NCBI GenBank assembly: GCA_025594325.1
Contig: JANHCV010000002.1
Coordinates: forward strand, 1,178,001-1,242,000
Origin: Blastocladiella emersonii ATCC 22665
Lineage: Eukaryota > Fungi > Blastocladiomycota
Direction: 5' to 3'
DNA length: 64,000 nt
Shown one piece after another: positions 9,996 through 22,058 of the stretch. Numbering within the stretch: the stretch's first letter is position 1; each line of letters opens with the position of its first letter. The notes below the pieces were generated by a model. The model saw only the letters and a list, made by a program, of their open reading frames with translations, was not told where the DNA came from and did not search any database. A program made the translations under genes and the position numbers.

Positions 9996-11735
9996 TTAGT
10001 TCATCTTGCGGACGAGCTCGTTGATGAACTCCTCGCGGTTACCGAAGTCACCGCCCTCGATGAAGTGCTTGAACTTGCGCTTGTTGAAGGCGCCGTTGGG
10101 CGACGACAGCTTGAAGGGCCACAGGAAGTTGTTGGCGCGCTTGAAGTTGGGGCCGACGGTGAAGATCTCGTGGATGAGGTCCTCAATGCAGATGATGCCG
10201 GTCGAGCCGAGCGACTTCTCGATGATGGCGTTGTCCGAGAGGGGGATGCGCTGGCCGTTGATCTTGCCGTAGCCGCGCTTGTAGATGAGCTCGCGGACCG
10301 TCTTGAGGTTGGGGGTGCCGTAGGCGACGTAGGGCTCGACGAGCTTGAGCATCTCGAGGGTGGCCTTGGTCAGGCGGAGGAACACGCCGTTGTTGATCTG
10401 GAGCAGGCGGAGGAGCTGGAGCACCTTGCGGGGCTTGGGGGCGATCTTGTTGATACCCTTGATGCGGATCACGAAGGCGAGCTTGGGCTCGGCCGAGACG
10501 TGGAAGTTACCGGCCTGGCGGGCAACGCGCTTGAGGCGGATCTCCTCGCGCTCAGCGGTGCGGTACTCGCGCACGTACTGCTCGGCGCGCTTGAAGATGA
10601 CGACGCGCTTCTTCTTGTTGGCGAGCTTGGCAGCGGCCGAAGCGGCGGCGCGGTCAGCGGCGACCTTCTCGGCGGCCTTGCGCTTCTTGAGGAGGGTCTC
10701 GGGGGCGGCAACGCTAGCGAGGCGGGGAGAACAGGGAGAGGGCGTGTCAATCGGGGCGGGGGTTCCGGGAGTGTCATGACGCGAGCCTAGCCGCACAAGC
10801 GTTGCCCTCCCACGAGGGAAGGGCGGCAGGTGTAGACTGGCACGCACAAGCGTGTCACCGTCTCGCCGCAGCGACTACCCGAAGGCAGCCGAAGGCGAGA
10901 GCGGTTCCCGACGCCTGGACCTTGCGGCACCGAGGCGACGGGCGAACGAGTAATGAGGTCGAGGAAAACTGGATCCACCGACACATGCAATTGATCAAGG
11001 CGAGCCGTGACGCCCGGTGAGGTCGACCAGCTCGCGATGACAAGGCCCCGTTCCGGATGCAGGGGCGCACCGGAAAGCGGGATGTGTTCAGGACTGATTT
11101 GGCCGCCGCCGCCGCTCGTACGTCCGCGGACGGGCGCAGAGGAACAAGGCGAGCGGCCCGCGTTCAAGTCGGATGTCCTAGTCACATGGATTTGAGGGAA
11201 ACGTGTTACGCCGACCGACGTGCACGGCTCCAAGATCCGCGAGTTCATCTCCGCGTCCCAGACTAGCCAGAACGGCCGCACGGGTGGGAATCAGTGCGGC
11301 AGGGAGAAAGTGTGCGACGTGGTCGGGCTCGGCGTGACCCCACGGCCTCGCTGCCTAGCAGTTTTCGGTTCACGGCGCGGCGACGAGTCGCACACGACGC
11401 GAGTGACGAGAAAATGCGGGCAGCGAGATGGTACGGCTTGGCACAGAGGCCGGCAGGACACGCCCAACCATCCGCTCCGGGGGCGAGGCGTTTCGGAGCG
11501 TCACCTCCACTTCGCGCCAGGCACTCGGGGGGGGAGACGGTCGGGGCGCGTCCGGCCACTCGACGACATGACACTCGGGAACACGGTTGATGCGCGCGTG
11601 GTGGGGGGTTCACGGTCGCCGACGTCGGTGCTCGCATGGCACGACGACCGTCGGCGACCCGGCACGCGCTGGTGCGGCGTAGGCGGGCGAGTACATGGGC
11701 GGGCGGGTGGTGCGTGCTTACGTCTGGGGAGCCAT
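9996..11735 (-). CDS. RPL7: 60S ribosomal protein L7 (uL30); exon 1 11735-11722, intron 11721-10714, exon 2 10713-9996
   Basis: Exon 2 gives [12 protein letters not shown]...[14 protein letters not shown]...[11 protein letters not shown]...[18 protein letters not shown]. The only phase-compatible ATG exon I found is ATGGCTCCCCAGAC|gtaagc, giving MAPQTVAAPET. Confidence 0.95.
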
Positions 11736-11948
11736 TTTTGCTATTTGTCTTCTCAGCGTGGAGTATGACTAGAGGGAGAGCGTGGACGTGCGCGAGGCTC
11801 TGTCGACTGTTGTGCGGCGGGTGCGGGTCGGGAGGGCTCGTCGGCAGTCGGCTAGCGGAGGCGCCACAGTTTCAAGCCTGTGAGTCGAACTTGACTCCAC
11901 TCTTGCTTCTCTCCTCCCTCAACGACTCGACGGCGTGCAATGTGATCT

Positions 11949-13962
11949 CTATGCAATCCACCACGAGGATCCCTCGTCGTGCGACATGGAGTGGACCTCG
12001 ACGTCCCACGGTCGCACCCACGCGTAGCACTCGGGGCAAACCGCGCCCGTGCCCTGGCCCCAGTCGCCCGGTTCGGGGTCGTCGATCTCGACGAGGACGA
12101 CGACCTGGTCTTCGGTTGCATCGTCGTCGGCGTCCGTGGCCGCTACGGTCTGCTTGGGCGATTGCTCGACGACGGTTGGTGGCGGCGGTAGTGCCTGGCG
12201 GAAAAAGGACGAGATGCTGCGCGACTTGGCCTCGCTCGTCGCGGGCTCGAGGTTGACGAGCGCCACGTTAATCCTACCCGACCACGACGTACGTGTCAGT
12301 CACTCGGGCCAGTGAGAGCACACCGCGGACGTACAGCGTCAGTTGAAACCCGGCCGTGTTGGGCCCGAGCAGGCGCGTGAGGAGCGGCCGCACCCAGCTC
12401 GTCCACATCTCGCCGGCCGTGATCTGTTCCGCAGCGCTGGCGCTGAACTCGATGGGCAGCGTCGCCGACCGACGAGCGTTGCTCCCTCGCCACCGCAGGG
12501 TCAGTCGGAACCGCCGCGCAACGAGGCCCGACGTCTCCTCGCGGAACCGGCGCGCGAGCTGCTCCAGAAGCGGGCGCGCGAGAGCCTCGAGTTCGGCGAG
12601 CGACTTGCACGACTGGAACGAGTCCTCGACCGAGAGCTGGGTCGGTGCCGATGAGGACGTGACCTAGCGCGGTGAGGAGCGTCAATTCCGCAGCAGCTGA
12701 GCGAGACAACCATGGTCATCGTACGGGCGAGTCGTCGATGCCTTGGCACGCGAGGTACAGCGCCGAACCGACGCGTTGGCCCAGCGCGTTGATCCACTGC
12801 TCCTTGGTCAACGCATCCGCCAACTGGCTGACGGTCGCGTCGCGCGAGATCTGGAACCGCTGCTCCAGAGTCTACTAAGAACTCTCGTCAGCGCACCTTC
12901 CTCGACCCACGGACGCGTCAACATACCTTTTGCACGGCATGCCCGAGGCCGGGGATAAACCGCATCGGCTTCGGCCCGAGCAGCGCCATGACGTGGCCAG
13001 GCGCGAGAATGGCCTGGCCGTTGGGCTTGTTGAGGCCGACGGCGAGCTTGGCCGCCATCTTGGACGTCGCGATGCCGGCCGAGCACGTCATGCCCGCGAC
13101 CTCGCGGATCCGGTCCCGTGCGCGCTGCGCCCAGTGCGCGGCGACGACCAGCGTGGTCGCGCACGTGGGATCCTCGGCGGCGAGATCACCCGCGACCGTG
13201 CAGCCGGCCGGCGGCGACAGGTCGTGCGGGACCGCTGGCCGAGGTGCACCGGCGCCGTCGTCGCTCCGCTGACTCCACGGGTCCTCGCCGACGCCGTCGA
13301 GCTCGTCCTCGGCAGTCTCGGTGGGAGGAAGCAAACCGCATTCGGACGACAGGTCGAGCTCGACGAACAGCTCGTCGAGGCCTTGCCGCTCAACGCGCGC
13401 CACTTCGTCCGTGAACACCTGGCGCAGCGCACGGTAAACGTTCTCGGAGCACTGGCGGTAGCGTGTCAGGTCTTCCCCACTGCCTACACTCTAGGGTGTG
13501 AGGCTCTGAGCGTCCCGGGCGGGTTCGATTGAGACCGTACGGATGACGAGCTGCGGGCATCGTCGCAGCGCCTCGGTCACTACAAGATCGACACGTCAGG
13601 AGTGCGGCCGCGAGAACGCCAGCAGGTCTGTGCGCACCGAGCGTCAGCTTCCTGACGCCATGCTTGCGCGCCTCGTAGTTGCACGTCACGATGATCTGCT
13701 TCTGCTACTTGCACTCGTCGCGTCAGCTCTCGCACGTCGATGGACGACACACTCCGAGGGCGTTACCTGAATCCCGAGCGGCAAACTCTCCAGTTCCGGC
13801 TCCTACGCGGTCCCGCGCCGTGAGCCCTTACCGTCGCCTGCAGCCTCGGGCCGCGCCGCGTACTCGCAGGTGCTCGCACTGCGCGTAGAAGCAGTCCAGG
13901 TCGAACAAGACCACGGCGCGTGGCCTGGACACGGTGTTGCGCAGAGTTCCATTCGTTTGCAT
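11949..13962 (-). CDS. POLI: Y-family DNA polymerase, iota-like, with C-terminal UBZ-type zinc finger; multi-exon
   Basis: Spliced motifs VVLFDLDCFYAQCE, LGIQQKQIIVTCNYEARKHGVRKL, SGEDLTRYR, RQGLDELFVE, GIATSKMAAKLAVGLNKPNGQ; C-terminal CPEC...H...H. Confidence 0.85.
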
Positions 13963-14195
13963 TGGGCTGTGGGCAAGCGTTCGAGGAGAGCAAGCGGAGG
14001 CCGGGCGCCGATGAACGACGCCGCGCCGCCGTGACTGCCTCCCGCGAGTGTCTCCCCGGCACGGCGGTTTCAGCCTCGCGCGGCGCGTGTAGCACCGGAT
14101 CCGGATTCAGGGACGACGTGCGACGCTGTCTCGCGTCCTATACGCGGACACGTTGCCCATCGTTGCTGCTCATCCTCCCTCTACAACATGGCATC

Positions 14196-15602
14196 ATGAC
14201 ATCAACATGGACATGGGCTCGCGCTGCGTCGGTCGAGCAAGCGGACACGGCCAACGCGCTGGGCCGCGAGCTGACGCTGGTGGTCCTGGGCGCGTCGCTG
14301 CCCGTGGGCGCCCTGTTCGTCCGCTCAGCGGTGCTCGAGCTGCTCGAGAAGCGGCGGCGGCGACGGCGGCCGGGCCGCGGGGACACGTCGCTGTCGTGGG
14401 CGCAGCTTGCGGCCGCGGTGATGCAGCTCGCGAACCAGGTCCTCTCGCTTTGCATCCTGCTCGTCCCCGCGGCCAACGTCGTGGGCTCGTGCGCCGCGTT
14501 CCTCACGGGCGCGACGTCCGCCTACATCTGCTTCCAGCTCCTCGGCACATCGGTCCTCGTCCTGCGCGCGACGCGCCTGCTGCCCAAGACGTGGGCCGCG
14601 CTGTACGCGACGACCGCCGCGCTCTTGCCGTCGACGGACCCGGTGGGCCAGCTCCGCCAGCCGTCCCGGCGCTTTGTCCCGCGATCCGCGTGCCTCGCCC
14701 GCGCTGTAGCGGGTCCGCGGGCCGCAGCCCGCACGGGTCTCCTCTTGCTGTTCGCCGTGGCCATGGGCCTCGTCGCGCACTCGTCGTACCTGAAACCCGT
14801 ATACATCTCATCAACAACAGCGCGGTGCGCGTCGCGCCCGCTGTGGACCAACGCCGTCGGCAAACTGCTGCTATGCGTCGTCCACGGCGCGGTCCTGGCG
14901 CTGCTCGCGCACCCGCTACTCGTACACCTCCGCTCGGCGCGGCGCACGCAGTCCGGGGACCACGCGGTCGCGGCCATGGTGCTCCGCGAGATGCTCAAGG
15001 ACCACACGGCGCGGCTCTCCGTGGCGATCCTCGTGTACCTCGTCACGGCCGTCGTCGGGCTCGCGTCCGTCCTCGACGCCAACGAGGTCTACATTCTCTT
15101 CTCATTCCAGAACGCCGCCGGGATGTGGGCCGCGACCGCGGCGTCGGCGGCCGCCGCGCTCCGACGCGTCACGTCCAGCCTCAACCAGCAGCAGGGCGCC
15201 GTCGGCGAGGCCTCGAGCAAGTCCCAGAGCCGCGCGCAGACCAACACGCGCGGCGGCGGCGGGCAGCGCAGGACGAGCTCCGTATCCCCGGCGGCCGCCG
15301 CTGCGCCGCTCGTCGCGGACACGCGGATCCCGGCGACGGTGCTCGCGACCACGGTCCTGACGGCGCCGAGCTCAATCCTTGGCGACGCACTGAGCGACGG
15401 CGGCGAGTACTGGTCGCTCGACCCGATCCCGGCCGCGCCGACCACGCCCGTCCCGCCGCCGCCGCCGCCACCACCAAGCGACGTGCGCGGGTACGTTATG
15501 CTGACAGTGAACGGGTACGCGACGCTACCCGCGGGCTCACCGACCACGGCGTACGGGCTGCCGCCCGTGGCGATCACGTACCCTCCGTTCCCGCGACCGT
15601 GA
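14196..15602 (+). CDS. Seven-transmembrane GPCR-like membrane protein
   Basis: Seven hydrophobic segments by eye, a Cys at the start of TM3 (GSC) and one in the loop before TM5 (ARCAS), and a long S/T/P-rich C-tail; paralogues at 44108 and 63530. A small intron near 14600-14710 is possible but unresolved. Confidence 0.6.
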   Translation: MTSTWTWARAASVEQADTANALGRELTLVVLGASLPVGALFVRSAVLELLEKRRRRRRPGRGDTSLSWAQLAAAVMQLANQVLSLCILLVPAANVVGSCAAFLTGATSAYICFQLLGTSVLVLRATRLLPKTWAALYATTAALLPSTDPVGQLRQPSRRFVPRSACLARAVAGPRAAARTGLLLLFAVAMGLVAHSSYLKPVYISSTTARCASRPLWTNAVGKLLLCVVHGAVLALLAHPLLVHLRSARRTQSGDHAVAAMVLREMLKDHTARLSVAILVYLVTAVVGLASVLDANEVYILFSFQNAAGMWAATAASAAAALRRVTSSLNQQQGAVGEASSKSQSRAQTNTRGGGGQRRTSSVSPAAAAAPLVADTRIPATVLATTVLTAPSSILGDALSDGGEYWSLDPIPAAPTTPVPPPPPPPPSDVRGYVMLTVNGYATLPAGSPTTAYGLPPVAITYPPFPRP

Positions 15603-15671
15603 CCGCTTCTTCCGAAGACCAATTTTGAGCGTGTGTGTGCATACAGAATCAATCCATTAATCCATTTCTCA

Positions 15672-18600
15672 TTACTGCGCGCCGGACCTTGGCGCCGCCT
15701 CGCTCCACGCCTTGGCCGTCTCGCCGAACCCCACACTCGATCCCGCAGCGTTGGGCCACTGGAACGCAGCGGCGAACGCCATCACGGGCTTCACCGCCGC
15801 ACCTTCTCGCTGCTGCTGCTGCTCTGCCGCAGCGGGGCCGGGCAGCAGCAGCGCGGGCGGGATCACGGCGGCAAAGTCGAACGCGGTCGGCGGCGGGGGC
15901 AGCGGCTCCCACTTGGCTTTTGGCGCGGGCTTGGACCAGCGGAACCCGCCGATCTCAGGCGCGGACCCCGCTTCCGCTTCCGCTTCCGCCTCAGCGGCGG
16001 GGGTCTCGGGGACCACGGGCTCTGGCGGAGACGCCGCCTTGGTCAGCGACACGGTGCGCGCGCGGACGCGCGAGCGCGATCTCGCCCGCGCACTGCCAGC
16101 CGGCGGCTCCGCAGTCGACGCGGCGGCCGCGGCGACGGTATTGGCCTTGGGCGAGTGGTCAGTGCAGAACGGCACCGGCTTCCTTGGGTCGTGCCGCGCC
16201 CACAGCACGTCCATGGCGGTCCCGCACACGAGGTGGCACGGCAGCGCGGTCCACGCAAGCGGCGCGTCGTGCGCGACGAGGAGGTCGATGATCGCGTCGA
16301 GTGCGGGGAGGGAGAGGTGCGGGTACCGGTCGAGTTCGCGGTCGAGGCGCGGCTCGAGGTATGCGGGCGGGACGACGAGGGCGACGGGTGCCGCGGAGGG
16401 TGGGGAGGTGGGCGACGCGAGGAGCGAGGCGCGCCGCGTGCGGCGGAACGACGGCGAAGAAGGCGACGCGGACGTGGCGGGCGACGAAAAGTCGAAGCTG
16501 AACTCGGGCTCGGCCGACGGCGGCGGCAGCGGCGAGACGGGCTCGGCCGACGGCGGCGGCAGCGGCGAGACGGGCGGGGACGCGGCCGCCGTCGTGTCAC
16601 CGCCAGCCGCCTTGACGCACTTCTGGAGCGCCCAGCGGAGGTACATGGCGATCTGGAGCGGCGTGAGCCGACACTCGCGCTCCTTTCCATCACCAGTCGC
16701 GCGGTTGACGCGGTCCGCAGCGGACATGGACCGGGGTAGGGGTTTCGGGTCATGACACCACAGGTAGTCATGCTCGCCGAAGAACGGGCTCGCCCTGCCC
16801 TCGTCGAGGAGCAGCGCGACCATCTCCGCATCCCCGTTCAGGACGGCCTGCGCGAGCGGCGACCGCTGGACGCGCGAGGTGCGCTGCGCGGAGCCGCCGA
16901 CAAACAGGTTGGTGTAGTCGAGGCCGAGGTTTGGCTGCGCGCCGTGGCGCAGGAGCAGGCGCGCCGTCGCGTACTCGCGGCGCGCGACCGCGCGGAACAG
17001 CGGGGTCGCAAGCGGCGCGAAGAAGGGGTCCGTCAGGTCTACCTCGCCCGCGCGCTCGAGTTGTTTCGCGGGCGGATCCGTCTCCTTGAAGTAGGTCTCG
17101 GGGTCGAACCGGAACGGGTCGAGGTCCAGGTCGCTGTCGTCGGTAGTGGTGAGGGACTCGCGCGACCGGGGTCCAGCAGCGGTGGAGCTCTCGCCGGCGG
17201 CGGTGGCGGGGTCGAGGATCGGGGACTCGCCGGCGGGGAGGACGTGCAGCATGGTCGGGACGGCCTACCGCGGTGATCCAAGTAAGCCCTCGAACCGCAA
17301 CACTTTCCAAGAGAAAGGACGTACCTGGAGCGGAATATCCACGGCCTTGCCACGCAGCCCGACGGGCCGGCCGACCTTGGACGCGGTGGCGACGCGCGGG
17401 AGCAGGGTCTCGAGCCGGTGTGCGTCGCCCTTGATCTGGGCCAAAATGACGAGCACGGCCATGGTGGCAAACGACGCGCACATGCCGCGCTTGACGAGCT
17501 CGGTGATGGCCGGGTGGTCGACGCCGACGCTGCGGAGCGCGATATCGAGCGGGTACGACCCGTTGACGTCGAGCACGTCCGTCCGAGCGCCGCCGTCGAG
17601 CATCTCAGCGAGCAGCGGGTCCCACCCGTCCGCCGTCCCGCCGCGGCCGAGCAAAAAGTGCAGCGGCGAGCGCCCGTACAGCTGCGTGTGCACGGCGCCG
17701 GAAAACTCGGGCGTCGCGTTCCACGGGACCCGCACATCGGCGCCGTACCGCTGGCGCACGGCGTCGAGGATCGGCTTGACGTACGCGTTGCCGCGGGACA
17801 CGGCGCGGCACAGGGCGTAGTACGTCCCGTCGCCCGACGCGTCGGCGAGCGTCGTGTCGTTGGCGACGGGGCACCCGGGGACGACGGGCGCGGCGGCGCG
17901 GCCGGGGACCGTGAGCGGGGCGGCAAAGTCGCCGGCGAGCGCGCGCACCAGGTCCAGCGACCCGTAGTCGATGGCGCACAGCAGGTACGAGCGGAGTTTC
18001 GACTCGGATTTCGTGAACCGCGTGCAGTTGTGGCCCACGGCGGCGTTACGGGCACGGAACGCCGGGACGAGCACGCGCACCAGGTCGTCGCGGTCCTTGT
18101 CGACGGCCACGTCGAGCGCCGTGGTCGCGTTTTCGGTCGCGGACACGGCGCGCACGAGCGGAAGGTCGGTCGCGAGCAGGCGCTGCACGACGTCGAGGTT
18201 GCCGCGGTGCGCGGCGAGCGCGAGCACGTCGTTGCCATCGAACCACGCGGCGCGGTGGGACTCGGGGAGGTGCGCGTCGGCCGTCGGGAGCGCGCGGTCG
18301 GCGAGGAGCCAGTCGAGGACGGCGGGCGCGTCGTACAGGACAGCGAGAGCGATGAGAACCGCCGCGGCCGCGCCGTGCTCCGTGGGGTCGACGGGGAGCA
18401 GCCGCGCCCCGAGCTCGTCGACGAGCGCGCGCAGGACGGGCACGGAGCGCGACTCGATGGCCGAGTGAACGAGCGACCGGCGCAGCTTCGTCGCGGGCTC
18501 GAGCACCGTGTGGTTGGCGAGGACCGCGGGCCGGTCGGCGTGGCGCGCGTGGATCAGGGCGCGCAGCATGGCGATATTCCCGCGCTTGGCCGCAATGTGC

Positions 18601-19634
18601 AGCGCGACCGTCGACGTCGGCGTGGTCCCGGCGTTGCGCGTGTACCGGGCGGGACTCGCACCAGCCTCGACCAGGACGCGCGCCGTGTCGATGCGGTCGG
18701 CGCGCACGGCGTGGACGAGCGCCGGGACCGCGTCCGACGAACTGCCGCCCCCGCTCATGCGCACGTTGGGCGACGGGACCGTGGTCAGCAGGACGCGGAC
18801 CAGCGGCACGTTGCCCGACGCCGCGTACCCGCACAGCGCGCGCACACGGTCGGCGTGCGTCGCGTGCAGCTGCTTGGGCGGAAGCAAGTCGATGGCGGCG
18901 CGCGCGGCGCGCGACGCGGAGCGCACCGTCGTGCAGTCGCTCGGCGACAGAAAGCGCAGGCACAGCGCGTGCCACACCAGGTCGACATGGGCGAGATCGA
19001 GCAGGGACAGCGGGGTTGGGGTCGCGGTCGGGGCGGTGGTGTCAGGAGGAGGAGCGGGCGATGATGGCTCCGGTGATGATGATGGTTCATGGTCGGGAGC
19101 GAGATGCGCCGAGTCGGGCACACTGGTCGCCATGCTCTCGGAGACGGGAGCGTCGCGATCCGCGGCGAGCGGGACCAGTTCGGCGGCATCCTCGGTTGCC
19201 GATTCGGCGTCGGGCGCAGCAGCGGAAGCGGAAGCGGCGGGAGACGTGGGGGACGCCGGCGGCGGCGCTTGGCTGAACAGCGTCTCCCCGTCATCACCGT
19301 CAACGCCGCCGATCGCTCGGGTCGGCTTCACGGCGAGCAGCGAGCGCGGCCGAGGCACTGCCGAGACGCCGCTACTTCCAGCAGCAGCAGCCGCCGTGAG
19401 CGACGCGACCGAGGCGCGGTGGCGCGGGTGCCGGTGGCGCGCGGGCAGCGCCGACGACGGGATGCACTTGGCCGAGACGGCGGTGAGGGCCTTGGAGATG
19501 GCGCGCAGGAAGCGGCGCGTGCGGGATGCGGGTGCGGGTGGATTGTTGCTTGAGCTAGCAGCGGCGGCAGCAGCAGCGGCGCGGCGGGGCGACGGCCCAC
19601 GCGGCGACCGCGAGCGCGTGCGTGTATGCGCCAT
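15672..19634 (-). CDS. F-box-like plus ankyrin-repeat protein (about 1300 aa); intron 17324-17265
   Basis: LSLLDLAHVDLVWHALCLRFLSPSDCTTVRSASR (F-box-like), then ankyrin repeats (VALHIAAKRGNIAMLRALI, LALAAHRGNLDVVQRLL, TPLFRAVARREYATARLLLRHGA, SPLAQAVLNGDAEMVALLL); a 60-nt GT-AG intron joins the two ORFs in frame. Confidence 0.8.
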
Positions 19635-20049
19635 GCGGGGTGGCGGCTACGAGTGCGGCGGGTTAGGCCGTGCGGGTGGGTGCATTGGCTGGGCGAGCTC
19701 GTACTGTAGAGGAGGGAGGGAGGGGAGGGGAGGGCGGGCGAGTCGGGCGGTGAGAGCGGGCGAAACGGGTGGCCGCGCCCTTTTGATGCGCGTGTGGCGC
19801 AACGCGCGCGCCGACTCACTCTCCTGCGGCGCCTGCAACGTCGGCAGCGGTGATTCACTCGCGCTTCCCCCTGATCCGGTGGGTTTCTCGTACACCCGAT
19901 CGCATGTGCTCCCTGTAGTCGTCGATTGCAACTGTGACCGTTCCGAAGTGACGTCCATTCCATGGGGTATCTGTGGAATGTAGGGGAGAGCGCACACGGC
20001 CGCCGACCCAACTCGCGCGGCCATGGCCACGAACACGGACCACGGCGCC

Positions 20050-21402
20050 CTAGACACCCACGGGCTTGGTCCCCGCGGCCGCGGCCTCGTTCGCCGCCTT
20101 GCGTTTGCGCGCGCGCATCCGGAACACAGCAAACCAAGCGACCAGCGCAACGATCATGACGATCCCGACGATCCCAACAACGGTGCCAGTTGAGAGCTTG
20201 GCCGGCTCGAACTGGGCCTCGGGCGTCCACGACTTGGTCCAGACAAACGAGAGCCCGCCGCCCTTGTTCCCAATGACGTGCAGCAGGTTGATCTGGTCGC
20301 TGCGGGAGCCGCCGCCGGACCCGCCAACGATGAGAATCGTGCTGTTGATGGCGACCATGGCGTGGCCCGAGATGGACCCCGTCGGCCCGTCGTCGGGTTG
20401 GTCGCGTTGACGGCCACGGGCCCCTTGCCCGCCGCCGGGTCAAAGTACTCGACCAGCGCCGACGGGTGGTCGCCCACGACGACCACGTACTCGCGCGTCT
20501 TGTCGCTGTACGGGTCGGCCACGACGACCGACTGGTGCTTCTTGAGCAGGAAGTTGAGCGGGAACGGGTACTGCGCAACGGTGCGTTAGCCCAGCGACGT
20601 GGCGAATCGAAAGTCGTGCGAGAACGTACCAGCTTGCCACCGCCGACCTTGCCCGCGTCCACCGTCGTCGGGAAAATGAGAACGTCCGTGAGCGCCTGGC
20701 CCGTCTTGCCGTCCTCGCCGCCCGTGACCACGGCCATGGTCGAGTTGACCACGATGAGCGCGCCGTGCGTGCGCGCCGCTGCCGTCGGGACCGCCGCGAC
20801 CTCGTTGACCTCAAGCGCGTGCCCCGCGCTCTTGAACGCTACGCGCACGAGAGCCGTCTCGGCCCTCCCGCCGAGTGCAACGTACGCGTCCTGCGACTTG
20901 GCGAGCGCGGGCGACGCGTAGATCCCGGCCTGGCGCGACGCCCCGGAAAAGTTACGGGCGAGCGCGATCTCGGGCAGGAAGTACGGGAACATGCCGAGGT
21001 TGGGCAGCTCCGGCTGGCCGAGCCCCTTGACCGCGGTCCACGTCAGGGGTTCGCGGCACCGCCGCCGTCGGTCAGCCCGCCGAGCAGGTGTACCTCGACA
21101 CTCTCGGGGTTCTCGTTATTGTTGACGACGAACGGGACGAGGCCGCGGTCGCCGCGCGGGAGGGACCAGAGTTTAGACAGCACGTTGCCGGACAACAAAT
21201 CGTCCATGTTGAAGTTACGGCGCAGGTCAATGGACAAGATGTCCGACGTGGATCGGTTGGAGCCGTTCCACACGCCGCCAAACACGTAGGTGCGGCCCGC
21301 CGTGGGGAGGTAGACGAGCGCAGCATCGGTGACAATGGCGTGGGCGGCGGGCACGGCGCCGAGCGTGGCGATCGCGACGAAGAGTGCGAGAAGCCGGTGC
21401 AT
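20050..21402 (-). pseudogene. Kelch-repeat type I membrane protein with two 1-nt frameshifts (pseudogene or sequence error)
   Basis: Signal peptide MHRLLALFVAIATLGAVPAAHA, Kelch-like YVFGG/VVTGG/LIVGG repeats, C-terminal TM plus RMRARKRK; frame breaks at about 21045 (AAC CCC TGA) and 20395 (AACCCG), each repaired by adding one C. Confidence 0.65.
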
Positions 21403-22058
21403 GGTGGTGATACTTGGAATGCGGTGGTGAAGAAGAGAGAGAACGACGGCCGGGCGATGTCTAGCGTCTGTCGCAGTGGTGACGGTGGGCTTGTGCGAAA
21501 TGCCTGGCCACATGGCAGCGACAACGCGACGCAGCTCAGGCGCAAGGCCTGGGTGTCGAGAAACTGCAAAGGAAAACCTGTACCTTGTTCTCGAGCAGGT
21601 TCCCACGCCCTTGGCTGGGCCCGTGGCGAGATCGAACAGGGACCGAAGCTCTCGTCGCACGCACCCCACGCTGCGGCGACTGACGGCAGGGGGACTTAGC
21701 CCCCCTGCTGACGGCAACTCGGCAACGGGGATGGGGATCACGCGCGCAGTCAACACAACTAGCAAGGCCTGGCTCACGTTGCATCTGCTCCGTGTACTTT
21801 TCATGGTCGTCAACGTCCTGCACGCCAGGCGTTGCAGGCGGCGTTCATCGCGCCAAGGCAGCTGGACCGTGTTCGCCACGATCAGCTGATGCGGCGAGTG
21901 TGGCGCAACGCGTCCATCGAGCTCGAGCGAGCACCCGAGTTCGCACCGCAAGTCAAGTCCAGCCTCACGAACGAAAAGAAGTTGATGAATGAATGTAATT
22001 CTATTACATGTGAGTGTGCAAACATTGCAATAAGCTACCAAAACCCTGTCCAGCCGGC

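Noticed and set aside
10714-11721. A specific snoRNA call inside the RPL7 intron
   Set aside because: No canonical RTGATGA C box paired with CTGA, and no clear rRNA-complementary guide found by eye; kept only as a candidate finding.
21040-21052. Antizyme-like programmed +1 frameshift at CCC-TGA in the Kelch gene
   Set aside because: The downstream coding frame needs a -1 shift, not +1, and there is no canonical slippery heptamer.
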